DNA from: Chiloscyllium plagiosum | Taxonomy: Eukaryota | DNA length: 42,862 bases | Direction of reading: 5' to 3' | NCBI RefSeq assembly: GCF_004010195.1 | Contig: NC_057719.1 | Coordinates: 3,720,152 to 3,763,013 of the forward strand | Part shown: positions 1 to 12,660 of the stretch, piece after piece | Layout of the letters: each line of letters opens with the position of its first letter | Numbering within the stretch: position 1 is the stretch's first letter | Position numbers and translations under genes: made by a program | Notes under the pieces: model-generated | Databases searched by the model: none | What the model saw: only the letters and a program-made list of their open reading frames with translations | What the model was told of the DNA's origin: nothing

Positions 1-367
1 TTTCTCATTGGAATGGAGAAGGATGAGGGGTGACTTGATAGTGGTTTATAAGATGATCAGAGGAATAGATAGAGTAGACAGTCAGAAACTTTTTCCCCGG
101 GTACAACAGAGTGTTACAAGGGGACATAAATTTAAGGTGAAGGGTGGAAGGTATAGGGGAGATGTCAGGGGTGGGTTCTTTACCCAGAGAGTGGTGGGGC
201 ATGGAATGCGCTGCCTGTGGGAGTGGTAGAGTCAGAATCTTTGGTGACCTTTAAGCGGCAATTGGATAGGTACATGGATGGGTGCTTAAGCTAGGACAAA
301 TGTTCGGCACAACATCGTGGGCCAAAGGGCCTGTTCTGTGCTGTATTGTTCTATGTTCTATGTTCTA
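1..367 (+). mobile_element. CR1 LINE 3' end, young subfamily
   Basis: ORF2 C-terminus RRMRGDLIVVYKMIRGIDRV...TRGHKFK...FFTQRVV, 3' UTR hairpin gggccaaagggcctg and (TTCTATG)n tail. Confidence 0.92.
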
Positions 368-602
368 AATTGCCCAGTGTTCAGAGATGTGTCGGTAAGG
401 TGCATTAGTCAGGGGAATGGATCTATTCTCTTATAGTCCATGAACCTTGTTTGGAATGATCTGTTGGGCATGAAATTCTATGTTCTATGTTCTAAATTGC
501 CCAGTGTTCAGAGATGTGTCGGTAAGGTGCATTAGTCAGGGGAATGGATCTATTCTCTTATAGTCCATGAACCTTGTTTGGAATGATCTGTTGGGCATGA
601 AA
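349..602 (+). repeat. Perfect tandem duplication, 2 x 127 bp
   Basis: 349-475 and 476-602 read identical; each unit starts with the CR1 tail ttctatgttctatgttcta. Confidence 0.9.
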
Positions 603-1239
603 ATAGGTATTTAAACCTTTACATATGTTTAGAGTGGGGTTGTTTGCAAACACTAGAACTGGAGGATAAACCTTTGTGGCCTGTTCTTATGATATTTGTG
701 CAGTTTCATCAGCTCACTCCTTCCCCTTCCAATATCTGCTCGGACCTTTTAATACTATCAATAATCTCAGGTGACCACGAAGTACAAAACAGGTGTCTTA
801 CTATTTGTAGGGTGGTGTAGTCTCATGCTTATTCCACCAGACATATAGTCATCATAGATTGAATCTTCACTGGTCTCAAGTCTAGCCTGAGGGTAGAAAT
901 AAAGATCAATTAAAGTTTGGAAATATATTGAGTCATTCACAACATCCTAAAGCATTTTGCAGCTAATTCTGATTTCTGCTGTAATGAAGGAAAGGAAGCA
1001 GTCAATTTGCACGTAGAAATTGTAATCTCAAAATGCTGACCCATCTGTTTCATTGATATTGGTTGAAGGATAAATATTTGCCAAAGAAGAGATCTGGGAA
1101 AAATGTCACAGCAATCAGACCTTAGCTTAATGCCTTAACTGACCGTGCAGGACTCCCTCATCACGGCAATCAATGGTTAGCCTGGATTTTCTATCCACAG
1201 CCTTCTGACTCACAGGCTATCCTGCCACCAAATAGAGCA

Positions 1240-2455
1240 CAGATTTCCAGATCATGCCTAACAAGCTCGATTGAATTTTTGGAGGAGGTGTCCAGGTGTG
1301 CTGATGAGGTCAGTACAGTTGATGCACTTTATGCGGATTTCAGCAAAGCCTTTGTTATGATGCCAAATGGGAGAATGATAAAGAAGGTGAAAGCACATGG
1401 GATCCAGGGAAGTTTGCCAAGTTAGATCCAATATTGGGTTAGTGACAGGAGACACAAGAGGGTGGTGGTAGAAGGCTGTGTGTGTGACTGTGAGTCAGTG
1501 CCCTGTGGTGTACCACAGTGATCAGTGCTGGGTCCATTATTGTTCATGGTATATATGAATGGCATAAATGAGCATGTCAGGGAGAAGATAAGTAAGTTTG
1601 CAAATAACAGAAAATTGGCCGGGTGGTTAACAGTGAGTAGGAAAGTCTTAGGTTACACAGGAGAATATAAACAGGTTGGTCAGCCAGACAGATCAGTGGC
1701 AGATGGAATTTAACACTGAGAAGTGGAAAAATACTCAACAAATGACAGGACACTAGGAAGCTCAGAGGAACAAACTGATCTTGGGATACTCGTCCACAGA
1801 ACACAGAAGGCCATGAGGCCTGTTACAGGGTAGTTAAGAAGGCAAATGGGATGCTTGCCTTTGTCAGTTGATGCATAGATTATCAGAGCAAGGAGGTTAT
1901 GTTGGAGCAGTATAGGATTTTTGTGAGGCTGCACTGGAGTACTGACTCAGTCTGGTCACCACACTCCAGGAATGATGTGATTGCAATGGAGGGATTACAG
2001 AGGGGATTCACCAGAATGTTGCCTGGGATGGAGCAGTTCAGTGATGAAGAGAGACTGAATAGGTTTAGGCTGTTTTCTTTGGAGCAAAGGGGGAACCTGA
2101 TAGAGGTGTGTAAGGTTATGAGGGGCATGAACGTGGTAAATAGAAAGCTGCTGTTCCCCTTCTTCAAAATTTGGTCATTTGCAAGACTACAGTGAAAGGC
2201 GGGAGGTTTAGGAAGGATTCCATGTAAAACCTGTTCACCCAGAACGTTGTGGAGATCTGCAATGCACTGCATGGGAGGGTAGTTCGAACAGGAAACTTCA
2301 GAAGTATTTGGATGAGACACCTGAAATATCATAACAAGCAAGGCTATAGGCCTGGAACAGGAAATTAGGACTAGTACAGATTTAGAGTAGCTTTTGTCAG
2401 TGCAGATTCAATGAGCTGGAGAGCTTATTCTCTACTGTATGAATCTATGATACCA
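1240..2455 (+). mobile_element. Degenerate CR1 LINE, RT region to 3' end
   Basis: Frameshifted RT motifs (DFSKAF, SVLGPLLF, ISKFANN, RGFTRMLPGM, RGNLIEVCK). Confidence 0.85.
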
Positions 2456-2460
2456 TGAGA

Positions 2461-2645
2461 TCATAATGAAATCCTACAATAAAGCTTTGGCCGTGAGCTT
2501 TTTTTGGGTGCCTTTTCGTCATCACATGAGTTATTTTCATTCCCTCTGTGATGATGTGGTTTTTTTTGACGTTGTGACTGAGACTTCATTTGCTTCGTGA
2601 ACACATTAAAAGGTTCACTGCATGCTAACCATGATTTCCTGGCCA
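2461..2645 (-). CDS. Candidate last coding exon of the AGBL3-like gene
   Basis: Acceptor tttttttgaatatccctaag; phase 1 reads (V)ARKSWLACSEPF...KLYCRISL-stop, a hydrophilic basic tail lying in unique sequence between two CR1s. Not confirmed by homology. Confidence 0.35.
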
Positions 2646-2877
2646 CTTAGGGATATTCAAAAAAATCAAATTCCCAGCAGGCCATGCTGTTCTTTGGGAC
2701 CACACATTCCAAAGATACAACATATTTTTGTGGTGTAAGAAGACACTTACATTAATTTTGCTGCTTTTCACAATCCCAGCACTAAAGATCTCAAGTAAAT
2801 AAAGAGTGCGGGTAAGTGACGTTGAAATGGCCGATTGGCCTTCCTTCCACTCCTATGTCTTATGATCTTTTGGACTG

Positions 2878-4775
2878 AGAACATAGAACATAGAAAAGTA
2901 CAGCACAGAACAAACCCTTCAGCCCACTATATTGTGCCAAGAATTAATCCTAATCTAAAATAAAATTACCTAATCTACGCACCCCTCAATTCACTGCTGT
3001 CCATGTGCATGTCCAGCAGTCGCTTAAATGTCCGTAATGACTCTGCTTCCACCACCACAGCTAGCAACGCATTCCATGCACTCACAACTCTTTGTGTAAA
3101 GAACCTACCTCAGACATCCCCTCTATATCTTTCTCCTAACACCTTAAAACTGTAACCCCTCGTGGCAGTCAATCCTGCCCTGGGGAAAAGTTTCTGGCTA
3201 CCGACTCTATCCATGCCTCTCATTACCTTGTACACCTCAATCAGGTCAACTTTCTTCCTCCTTCTCTCCAGAGAGAAAAGACTGAGCTTAGTCAACCTCT
3301 CTCTGTAAGACAAGCCCTCCACAATCCAGGCAGCATCCTGGTAAACCTTCTTTACACCCTCTCCAAAGCCTCTGTATCTTTCCTTCAATAGTGCAACCAG
3401 AACTGGACACAATACTCCAAGTGTAGCCTCACCAGGGTTTTGTAGAACTGTAGCACAACCTTGTGGCTCTTAAACTCAATTCCTCTGTTAATGAAAGCCA
3501 AAACACCATATGCTTTCTTAACAACTCTATCTACTTGGGTGGCAACTTTGAGGGATCTTGAGGCAACTTGCATACCAAGATCCCGCTGTTCCTCCATACT
3601 GCCAAGAATCCTGTCTTTAATCCTATATTCAGCATTCGAGTTCGACATTCCAAAATGCATCACTTCGCATTTATCCAGGTTGAACTCCATCTGCCATTTC
3701 TCAGCCCAGCTTTGCATCCTGTCTATGTCATGCTGCAGCCTGCAGTAGCCCTCGATACTATCTACGGCACCTCCAACCTTTGTGTCATCTGCAAATTTAC
3801 TAACCCACCCCTCAACCTCCTCATCCAAGTCATTTATAAAAAACTACAAAGAGCAGAGGCCCAAGAACAGAGCCCTGCAGAACACCACTCACCACTAACC
3901 TCCAGGCAGAATAATTTCCATATACAACCACTCTCTGCCTTCTGTCAACCAACCAATTCTGAATCCAGATAGCCAAATCTCCCTGTATCCCATACTTCCT
4001 GACTTTATGAATGAGCCTTCCATAGGATACCTTATCAAATGCCTTGCTGAAGTCCATACACACCACATCCACTGCTCGACCTTTGTTGACTTGTCTCGTT
4101 ACCTCCTAAAAGAACTCAATAAGATTTGTGAGGCATTACCTGCCCCTCACAAAGTCATGCTGACTGCTATGCTTTTCCAAATAGTCATAAATCCTATCCT
4201 TCAGAATTTTTTCCAAAACCTTGTTGACCACAGTCATCAGACTGACTGGTCTGTAATTGGCAGGGATTTCCCTATTCCCCTTCTTGAAAAGAGGAACAAC
4301 ATTTGCCTCCTTCCAATTCTCCAGTAAAACTCCCTGGAGAGTGAGGACGCTTAGCAACCTCCTTTCTTGCTTCCCGGAGGAGCCTTGGATAAATCTGGTC
4401 TGGCCCTGGGTCTTATCTATCTTAATGTTTGCCAAAATTTCCAGCACATCAACTTCATCAATCTTGATCTGGTCAAGCCTGTTTCCTGGCTCCTCAAAGT
4501 TCTCATTCACAACAAGGTCCCTTTCCTAAGTGAAATCTGAAGCAGAAGACTCATTGTGGGCTTTTCCTATCTGCTCAGACTCTACGCACAAGTTCCCTAC
4601 GTTATCTCTGACCAGCATTACCCGTCTCCCTGATCATTCTCTTATTCTTCACATATGAGTAAAATGCCTTTGGGTTCTTCCTAATCCTTCTTGCCAAGCC
4701 TTTTTCATTCCTCCTCTTCGCTCTCTTCAGTCCATTTTGAGGTCTTTTCTAGTAAGCCTGTAATCCTCTAAAGCC
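2878..4775 (-). mobile_element. CR1 LINE, 5'-truncated
   Basis: NVVPLFKKG, NYRPVSL, DFSKAFDKV, QGSVLGPLLF, SKFADDTK, HLEYCVQFW; tail at 2878-2895. Confidence 0.95.
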
Positions 4776-5175
4776 TGGATTCTTGCTCAGCAAGGACTTG
4801 ATGACGAGATACCAGCTTCCGTGCAGTTATTTCAGGGTGACGAGGCACTACTTGTTATAACTTCTTGTCTATATATTAGACCACTAAATCCTCTGCTTCC
4901 TTTAACTTGCTCTCCTGACTATTGATCTCTCTGCTGTTTGGAGTTTGTAGACTTGTGCAAAATAGCTCCCATCTTTACTGAGATAACCATAATTACTTAT
5001 TTCAAAGTAATTCATTAAACTACATGAAACTGCCTTGTGGTTTGAGAGATATAATAAAAACAACAATGGATGTGAAATCCCTCAAAACCTCTCCTACTGC
5101 CATGGATTAGTGTTTCCATGAAAGCCACACCATCAAAGTAGGACAATGAATGCAGTTTCTCTTTTTCATAATCAC

Positions 5176-5257
5176 CTATCCTTGATAATTGAAGGTGATA
5201 GGAAGCCAATACCTCTGAAACAGCAGCAGTTTCTCCAATACTCAAGACTGGGGAAAC
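5176..5257 (-). CDS. Candidate AGBL3 tail exon
   Basis: 82 nt, acceptor ttttcattctctcctaaag, donor TAG|gtgatt; phase 0 to 1 VSPVLSIGETAAVSEVLASYHLQLSRI, compatible with the candidate exon starting at 2645. Confidence 0.4.
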
Positions 5258-5457
5258 CTTTAGGAGAGAATGAAAATAGTTTAGGTTTGGCACAAATGAT
5301 TACCAACGTTGCAGAAACGTTTTTATATATTATAAGAATTACCTGGAGTTTACAGCAGCCAAAAGACTGCATGACCGAATAAGAGCATGCCAATACTTAT
5401 GTACCCCATGCAATCTATTTTTTCTGAGCCCATCAACACATCATTACATTCCATCTC

Positions 5458-6007
5458 CATTTTGTCTATTATCCTATCCATGCCCCTCATGATTTTATAA
5501 ACCTCTATAAGGTCACCCCTCAGCCTCCGACACTCCAGGGAAAACAGCCCCAGCCTGTTCAACCTCGCCCTGTAGCTCAAACCCTCCAACCCTGGCAACA
5601 TCCTTGCAAATCTTTTCTGAACCCTTTCATGTTTCACAACATCTTTCCGATAGGAAGGAGACCAGGATTGCATGCAATATTCTAACAATGGCCTAACCAA
5701 TGTCCTGTACAGCTGCAACATGACCTCCCAACTCCTGCACTCAATACTCTGACCAATAAAGGAAAACATACCAAACGCCTTCTTCACTATCCTATCTACC
5801 TGCGACTCTACTTTCAAGGAGCTGTTGACCTGCACTCCAAGGTCTTTTTGTTCAGCAACACTCCCTAGGACCTTACCATTAAGTGTATACGTCCTGCTAA
5901 GATTTGCTTTCCCAAAATACAGTATCTCACATTTATCTAAATTAAACTCCATTTGCCACTTCTCGGTCCATTGGCCATCTGATCAAGATCCCGTTGTAAC
6001 CTGAGGT
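5458..6007 (-). mobile_element. CR1 LINE internal fragment
   Basis: MEFNLDKCE...RPLLEYCMQSWSP...RRLRGDLIEVYKIM. Confidence 0.92.
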
Positions 6008-6577
6008 ATGGAGCTGATTTTAAAAGTACAGTAAGAGTGACTGACATGTGGGAATGTTTGACCAAGAGTATGATTCCACAGCACTACCAAAACTGAAGTT
6101 AATGGATCCAAGGGGGAACTTCGCCATTACCTGGCTCAAGGGAAACTGGTTGTGCTTGTTGGAGGATAATTGTTTCAACACTAGGACATTTCTGCAAGAG
6201 GTCATCAGGGTAGAATCCTACACCCAAACATCTGTTCCAACATAAAATCAGAGGTATGGATGTGCACAGCTTTTTTTTTTCTTCACTGCCCAGATAATGT
6301 GCCCACATGCAAAGTAAAACAGTGGAAGATAGCCAAACAGACTCTGCTATTCAAGCAAGATGTGTGGATGAGCTTGGGGTGTGGTACAGACAGAAAACTA
6401 GAAACTACAGGTGAGTTAGCTCAATGTCTGGCAGAGAGAAATGAGGATATGTACATAGGAGGTGTGGTTTGTAAGTTTGTTAATGACTCCAAAATTAGTG
6501 GTATAGTGGACAGCAAAGAAGGTTACCTCAGAGTATAATGGGACCTTGAACAGATGGGCAAATGAGACAAAGAGTGT

Positions 6578-7595
6578 CCTTATAGTGTGGAAACAGGCCA
6601 TTTGGCCCAATGAGTCCGCTCTCTGAAGAGCATCCCACCCAGACTCACCACTCCTGTAACTCTGCATTTCCCATGGCCCGCCCCTCCAATCGCCACCAGG
6701 ACAGAACCCCACTGGTCCTCACCTACCACCCCACCAACCTCCAGATACATCGTATCATCCGTTGTCATTTCTGCCACCTCCAAACGGACCGCACCACCAG
6801 GGATATATTTCCCTCCCCTCCCCTATCAGCATTCCGGAAAGACCACTCCCTCCGCGACTCCATCGTCAGGTCCACATCCCCCACCAACCCAACTTCCACT
6901 CCCGGCACCTTCCCCTGCATCCGCAAAAAATGCAGAACTTGCACCCACACCTCCCCCCTCACTTCCCTCCAAGGCCCCAAGGGATTCTTCCATATCCATC
7001 ACAANNNNNNNNNNNNNNNNNNNNNNNNNNNNNNNNNNNNNNNNNNNNNNNNNNNNNNNNNNNNNNNNNTTTCTCCAGCTTCTTCATTTCCCCTCCCCCC
7101 ACCTTGTCTCAGTCCCAACCCTCGGATTCAGCACCGCCTTCTTGACCTGCAATCTTCTTCCCGACCTCTTTGCCCCCACCCCCTCTCCAGCCTATCACCT
7201 TCACCTTAACATCATCCCACCTATCGCGTTGCCAATGCCACTCCCTCAAGTCCCTACCTTTTATCTTAGCCTGCTTGGCACATCCTCCTCATTCCTGAAG
7301 AAGGGCTTATGGCCGAAACGTTGATTCTCCTGCTCCTTGGATGCTGCCTGACCTGCTGTGCTTTTCCAGCAACACATTTTTCATTTCTCATGGCTAATCC
7401 ACCTAAACATCTTTGGATGCTATGGACAATTAGCATGGCCAATCCACCCTAACCTGCACATCTTTGACTGTGGGAACAAATCGGAGCAAACCAGCACAGA
7501 CACGGGGTGTCTGTGCAAACTCCACACACGCAGTCGCCCAAGGCTGGAATTGAACCCTGGCATTGTGAGGTAGGAGTGCTAACCACTGAGTCACC
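6578..7595 (-). mobile_element. V-SINE (HE1-like), split by a PLE
   Basis: tRNA-like head (actcagtggttagcac...gggttcaattcc) and V-domain gtgtggagtttgcac at 7400-7595; tail at 6578-6677. Confidence 0.85.
6678..7381 (+). mobile_element. Penelope-like element (Neptune-type) 3' fragment with pLTR
   Basis: RTPLVLTYHP...AFRKDHSLRDSIVRS...PCIRKKCRTC linker typical of Neptune PLEs; pLTR with hammerhead at 7295-7322; TSD catttc(c/t)catggc at 6665-6677 and 7382-7394. Confidence 0.88.
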
Positions 7596-8854
7596 TAGAC
7601 AGGACAGTGAAGAAAGCATTTGGTATGTTTTATTGGTCAATACATTGAGTATAGGAGTTGGGTTGTCATGTTGCAGCTGTACGGGGCATTGGTTAGGCCA
7701 TTTTTGGAATATTGTGTTCAATTCTGGTCTCCCCGCTATAGAAAAGATGTTGTGAAACTTGAAAGGGTTCAGAAAAAATATACAAGGATATTGCCAGGGT
7801 TGGAGGATTTGAGCAATACAGAAATCAAGAGACTTTTTTCCCTGGAGCATTGGAGGCTGAGGGGTAACCTTTTTGAAGTTTATAGAATCATGAGGGGAAC
7901 GGATAGGGTAAACAGTCAAGGTATTTTCTCTATAGAAGGAGAGTCCAAAACTAAGGTTTAAGGTGAGATGGGAAAGATTTAGCGGGGACCTAAGGGGCAG
8001 CTTTTCCACACAGAGGGTGGTGCGTGTATGGAATGAGCTGCCAGAGGAAGTGGTGGAGGCTGGTACAATTAAAACATTTAAAAGGCATCTGGATGGGTAT
8101 ATGAATAGGAAGGGATATGGGCCAAGTGCTGGCAAAAGGGACGAGGTTAATTTAGAGTATCTGGTTGGTGTGGGTAAGATGGACCAAATGGTCCATTTCT
8201 GTGCTGTACATGTTGATGACTTTATGATTCTAAATGCTGGAATATTTTATTAAGGTGGATGTAGCGAGGCAGTTGGAAAATCAAAATGTAATTGGACAGA
8301 GTCAACTTGATTTTGGGAAAGACAATTTATGTTTGGGGAAATCGTATCTGACTAAGTTTTTGGAGTGTTTCTGAGGAAATAGCAAGCAATGAGGATAAAG
8401 AGGAACCTGCTTCAACTAGATGTCCAGAAGACATTTCAACAAGATGTCAGCACTTTGTCCAAAACTCTCCATCTGCACTACCCTGCCCTCTATACAGCAA
8501 ATAAAAGCAAAATATTGCAGATGCTAGAATCTGAAACAAAGAGAAAATGCTGGAGGAACTCAGCAGGTCTAGTAGTATTTGTGGAGAGAGAAACATAGTT
8601 AATCTTCTTCAGAACTGGAAGATGTTGAAAAATAGGCTATTTTTATACTTTTGACAGAGACAGAGGAGGAGCAAGTGGACAGATGGTGTAGAGATACAGT
8701 GAAAAATGTAAAGTGTTTGTTAATAAAGTGAAGGACTGAAACATAGGATTGTTCTCTCAGTAGAGAAGATGACTGGTAGTGGTTTACCTGAGGGTCACCA
8801 TGCCTCAGGTACGGAGAGAAGAGGTTGAGAAGGAGAGTCTTTCATGGCAACCAC

Positions 8855-9455
8855 TGTTGTGGACGAGGCTGGACCCCCTCAAAACATTTCAAGAAGGTAG
8901 CCCAGACCCTCACTTTGTTAGTTATTTTGAGCAGGTGTATGGTGGATATCCCAGGAGTGATGCAGCTGGCCCAACCACTCAGTTTTAAACAAAACAGAAT
9001 TCATTTTACACATGAACAAAAGCAAATTGAATTTAGAATAACAACCTATCTGAAACCCCAGGTGACTCTCTCGCAACTTAATGATGCTGTTCCAAATATT
9101 TGTGCCATCCCCATAAACACCCCCTTGGCAAAAAAAAGATAAAATCAAACACAGGTTCTTATAGGAGAGAGATTGTAGAGAGAGAGAGAGAGAAAGAGAA
9201 AGAGGGGTTCAGCCTGGAGCTGTTTCTCTGGGTCCAGCAATAATTGACTACTTGCTAAAACCAAACCAAACCAAACCAACCCCTGAACTGGGACAACTAG
9301 CCATTTCCCTTTCATTGTAAAAGTGTTTTAAAAGAAAGACTTAAAAGCATTCTCAAATAAATAAACCCAGACATATCGGAACCTCTGACTTTACGACCCC
9401 CTCTGAAAAGAAAATAAGGATAATTTAATCTTGTTAAAGGAGCAGCATCGTCACA
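8855..9455 (-). mobile_element. Solo LTR (601 bp) inserted in a tRNA-derived SINE
   Basis: TGT...ACA termini and 4-bp TSD CCAC (8851-8854, 9456-9459); related sequences at ~9820-9975 and 38784-39059. Orientation is tentative. Confidence 0.72.
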
Positions 9456-9982
9456 CCACAGCAAGTATGGAAATTGAACTCACACCGTTGGCATTACTCT
9501 GCATTACAATCCAGCCATTTCGTCATTTGAGCCCTTGGGTCTTGGCAGGGATCCTGATGATTGAGGGGAGGAGCTAGACAAAGCACAATCCAAAACAAGT
9601 CCTCAATAGTGATTTAGGTGGAAGCCATTCATGTGATATCAGTGGTGAGGACAGTGGATAAAGGCTGCGGCTGTATGGAGAACCCCAGTCAGCAAGGTCT
9701 CCTTATCCCTAGAACTGGATCTACCTTTTGTCAAAGGCTGTGTGTCTGCTGATGTACAGCAGCATTCCGACATAAAAGATGTCCTGCACATGATCCCAAT
9801 CGGAACTATCAGAACAAATCCTCAAAACATTTGAAGAAGGTAACCCAGACCCGAGTTTTGCGAGTTGGTTTAAGCAGTCAGAACGCAGGTATTCCAGGAC
9901 GGATTAAGCTGGCCAAGCCCCATTAGTTTTAAACAAAACAGAATTTATTTCCAAGATTACGAAATTATTACGAACAAAATCG

Positions 9983-10444
9983 GATGGATGTTGTGAAACT
10001 TGAAAGAGTTCTGAAAAGATTTACAAGGATGTTGGAGGGTTTGAGCTACAGGGAGAGGCTGGAAAGGCTGGAGGCTGAGGAGGTTTATAAAATCATGAGG
10101 GGCACAGAAAGGGTAAACAGACAAGCTATTTTTCTCCGGTGTGGAGGATCCAGAGCTAGAGGGGTGTAGGTATAAGAGAAAAGATGTAAAAGGAACCGAA
10201 GAGGCAACTTTTTCATGTAGAGGGTGGTGTGTGTGTGTGGAACGAACTGCCAAGGAAGTGGTGGGGGCTGGTCCAATTACAACATTTAAAAGGCATCTGG
10301 ATGGGGGGACATGGATAGGAAGAGTTTAGAGGGATATGGGCCAAGTGCTGGCAAATGGGGCAAGGGTAGTTAAGGATATCTGGGCCGACAGGGACGAGCT
10401 GGACCAAAGGGTTTGTTTCCATGCTGTACATCTCTATGACTCTA
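9983..10444 (+). mobile_element. CR1 3' fragment following an LTR-related fragment (~9790-9980)
   Basis: DVVKLERVLKRFTRMLEGLSYRERL and ctctatgactcta tail. Confidence 0.85.
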
Positions 10445-10703
10445 GGTTGTGTACCGAGAGGAATTTAACCCCCTGCTCTCTCTTGTTACTCCTCTGTTAT
10501 TGACAAAATATAAGGAAAAATATATTTTCCAACACCTTCCAGATCTGGAGAAGAGTCATACTAGATTTGAAACGTTAACCTTTTTAGCAGATCAGGCTTA
10601 AGAGTCATCTGCATACCCATCAGAATCTTACCAAACACACCAGAATTTAGTCACTGTCTTTTCTCAAAACACATATTATGAATCTGCAAAAGCCGGCAAA
10701 TAC

Positions 10704-10871
10704 CTTTCCTTCACCGATTTTGCAGTTTCTCTGGGGTACAGGGTCAGAAAGGGTAGGTGTTCGATCTTCATGTTCAAACCCAGGCTCATGCGCTTCAAAG
10801 TGGCCATGGGACCTAAGGGATTCTCTTTTTGTGGTCCTTTCTGCCCGGGAAGGCGCTGCTTTAAGCTGCAT
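10704..10871 (-). CDS. Probable AGBL3 tail exon, reading frame ambiguous
   Basis: 168 nt, strong acceptor atctttctttcttgcag, donor AAG|gtattt. Open in phase 0 (MQLKAAPSRAERTT...IGEGK) and phase 2 (CSLKQRLPGQKG...SVKE). Confidence 0.6.
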
Positions 10872-11013
10872 CTGCAAGAAAGAAAGATCTGCATTTGAAT
10901 ATCACATTTCACAACCTTTACAGTCATTTAAAGTGCTGCTGCAGTGGTATTGGATGAAATGTGACAACAAATATTTGTGTGGGATGACTCAACAAACAGC
11001 AGTGAGATATTTA

Positions 11014-11240
11014 AGAAAGTGAGGACTGTAGATACTGGAGATCAGAGTCAAGAGTGCGGTGCTGGAAAAGCACAAGCAGCATCCGAGGAGCAGGAGAATC
11101 GAGTATAAGCCCTTCATCAGAAAGCAGTGAGATATTTACACACGCAAAAGCGGAAGTTACTGGAAAAGCTTAGCAGGTCCGACAGCATTTGTGGAGCGAA
11201 ATCAAAGTTAATGTTTCAGGTCCGGTGACTCTTCAGAACT
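11014..11240 (-). mobile_element. Two tandem solo PLE pLTRs from different families
   Basis: 11014-11122 has 16-bp TSD agcagtgagatattta (10998-11013, 11123-11138); 11139-11240 is followed by a third target copy caatgagatattga. Both end at a hammerhead core. Confidence 0.8.
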
Positions 11241-12588
11241 CAATGAGATATTGATCATCTATCTAGACATTGTTGATTAAGGAGAACCATTAGCTAGAAC
11301 ATCAGAGAAAATTACAATTTTCTTCAAACTGCTGCAGCATGATCCAGTTAGGCATCTTATTGAACAAATGGTGCCGCTGACAACACAGCACCCCTTCTGT
11401 TTTGTGCTCGTTGTATCATCCGAGAATAGGTGCTTAAGACTCCTGCTGGGTAACGTAAACTCTCAACCTTCTGATTTAGAGGCAGGGGAGCTAATCAATT
11501 AGCCAGGCTCTTCCTTTGTGCATTAGTGCAGCCTGAGAACTGCTTACAGAGTGAAGACCAAATTCTGTCTTGTGCTCCTGTCCTAAGATGTAACTATTCA
11601 GCCAGGTGTTCTCCACTCACTTCCATTTCACTGGACCCTGAGTCTGTGACACACTATTCACTGAGGAGGCTGATCTAAAAATGCAAAGGATCCTGAATTC
11701 CCTGAGAGACGCAATGCATTACAGCTGCCCTGGTCTTGTGAAATTTTTAGCAGGACACTCTTAGCAACACGATGTTTTCCATCCCTGTGGTACTGACGTC
11801 CAGATCAGCACCATATTGATGGAGTGCTTGACATGACAATTCAGAAAACCTTTGGAAATTGCCATGACATTCACATTTGTGCACACTGAGGCCTTGCAAT
11901 CTCAATTGTGATCCCTAGTGGGACTGTTCCTGACAAAACAGGTTCCAAAACCAATTATTTTCTATTAGGCAGCCAGTCCACAGAGATTATTAGATATGAC
12001 TTGAGATTGACCACTTAGGTCAATCCTCTGAGATGGGGAGAAATTTCTTCACCCAGAGAGGGGTGAGCCTATGCAATTCACTACCACAGAAACTAGTCAA
12101 GACCAAAACATTAACTGTTTTCAAGAAGGAATTAGATATAGTTCTTTACTTTAAAGGATCAAGGAAATGGGGAGAAAGTGGGAAGAGGGTACTGGAGGGT
12201 ATGTGGATGAGCAGCCATGATCATGTTGAATGGTGGAGCAGGCTTGAAGGGCTGAATGGCTTACACTTGTTCCTATTTTCTATATTTGTGTGAATGTCCA
12301 ACCCAGAATGCTACTCCTCCTGTAGCAGGAAGATAGCAGGTATATCAATGATGTTAACCCATGTGCTAATCTTCTCCCCCACCATGTTCCCCATGACTTC
12401 TCAGGAGAGAAGGATTCCACCCAAGGTCTCAGTGCAGTTCTTGTGGGAGGATTGGGTGAAGAGGAAAGGTCAATTAATTCCACCCAAATCATTCCTTGAT
12501 GGACATAATCAAGCAACATTCCTGATGAAGAATGGTAAATATCTCAAATTTGCAACAATTCTACACAAATAGTGAATCATATCCAAAC

Positions 12589-12660
12589 CTTTCGATGATC
12601 TGTTATCTGTAAATCTTCTGTACTTTTCCATTTCCCAACATTCGCAGAAAGTACCTGCTG
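12589..12660 (-). CDS. Candidate AGBL3 tail exon
   Basis: 72 nt, acceptor tttgtccctcag followed by CAGCAG (tandem acceptors), donor AAG|gtttgg; phase 0 QQVLSANVGKWKSTEDLQITDHRK. Supported by splice signals only. Confidence 0.35.

Larger units (their letters stand above)
6440..8232 (+). mobile_element. CR1 LINE interrupted by a SINE and a PLE (CR1 parts ~6440-6575 and ~7596-8232)
   Basis: KFVNDSKISG before the insert; LVRPFLEYCVQFWSP and STQRVVRVWNELP after it. Confidence 0.88.

Noticed and set aside
3461..4529. Plus-strand ORFs of 90-134 aa
   Set aside because: Antisense shadows of CR1 ORF2.
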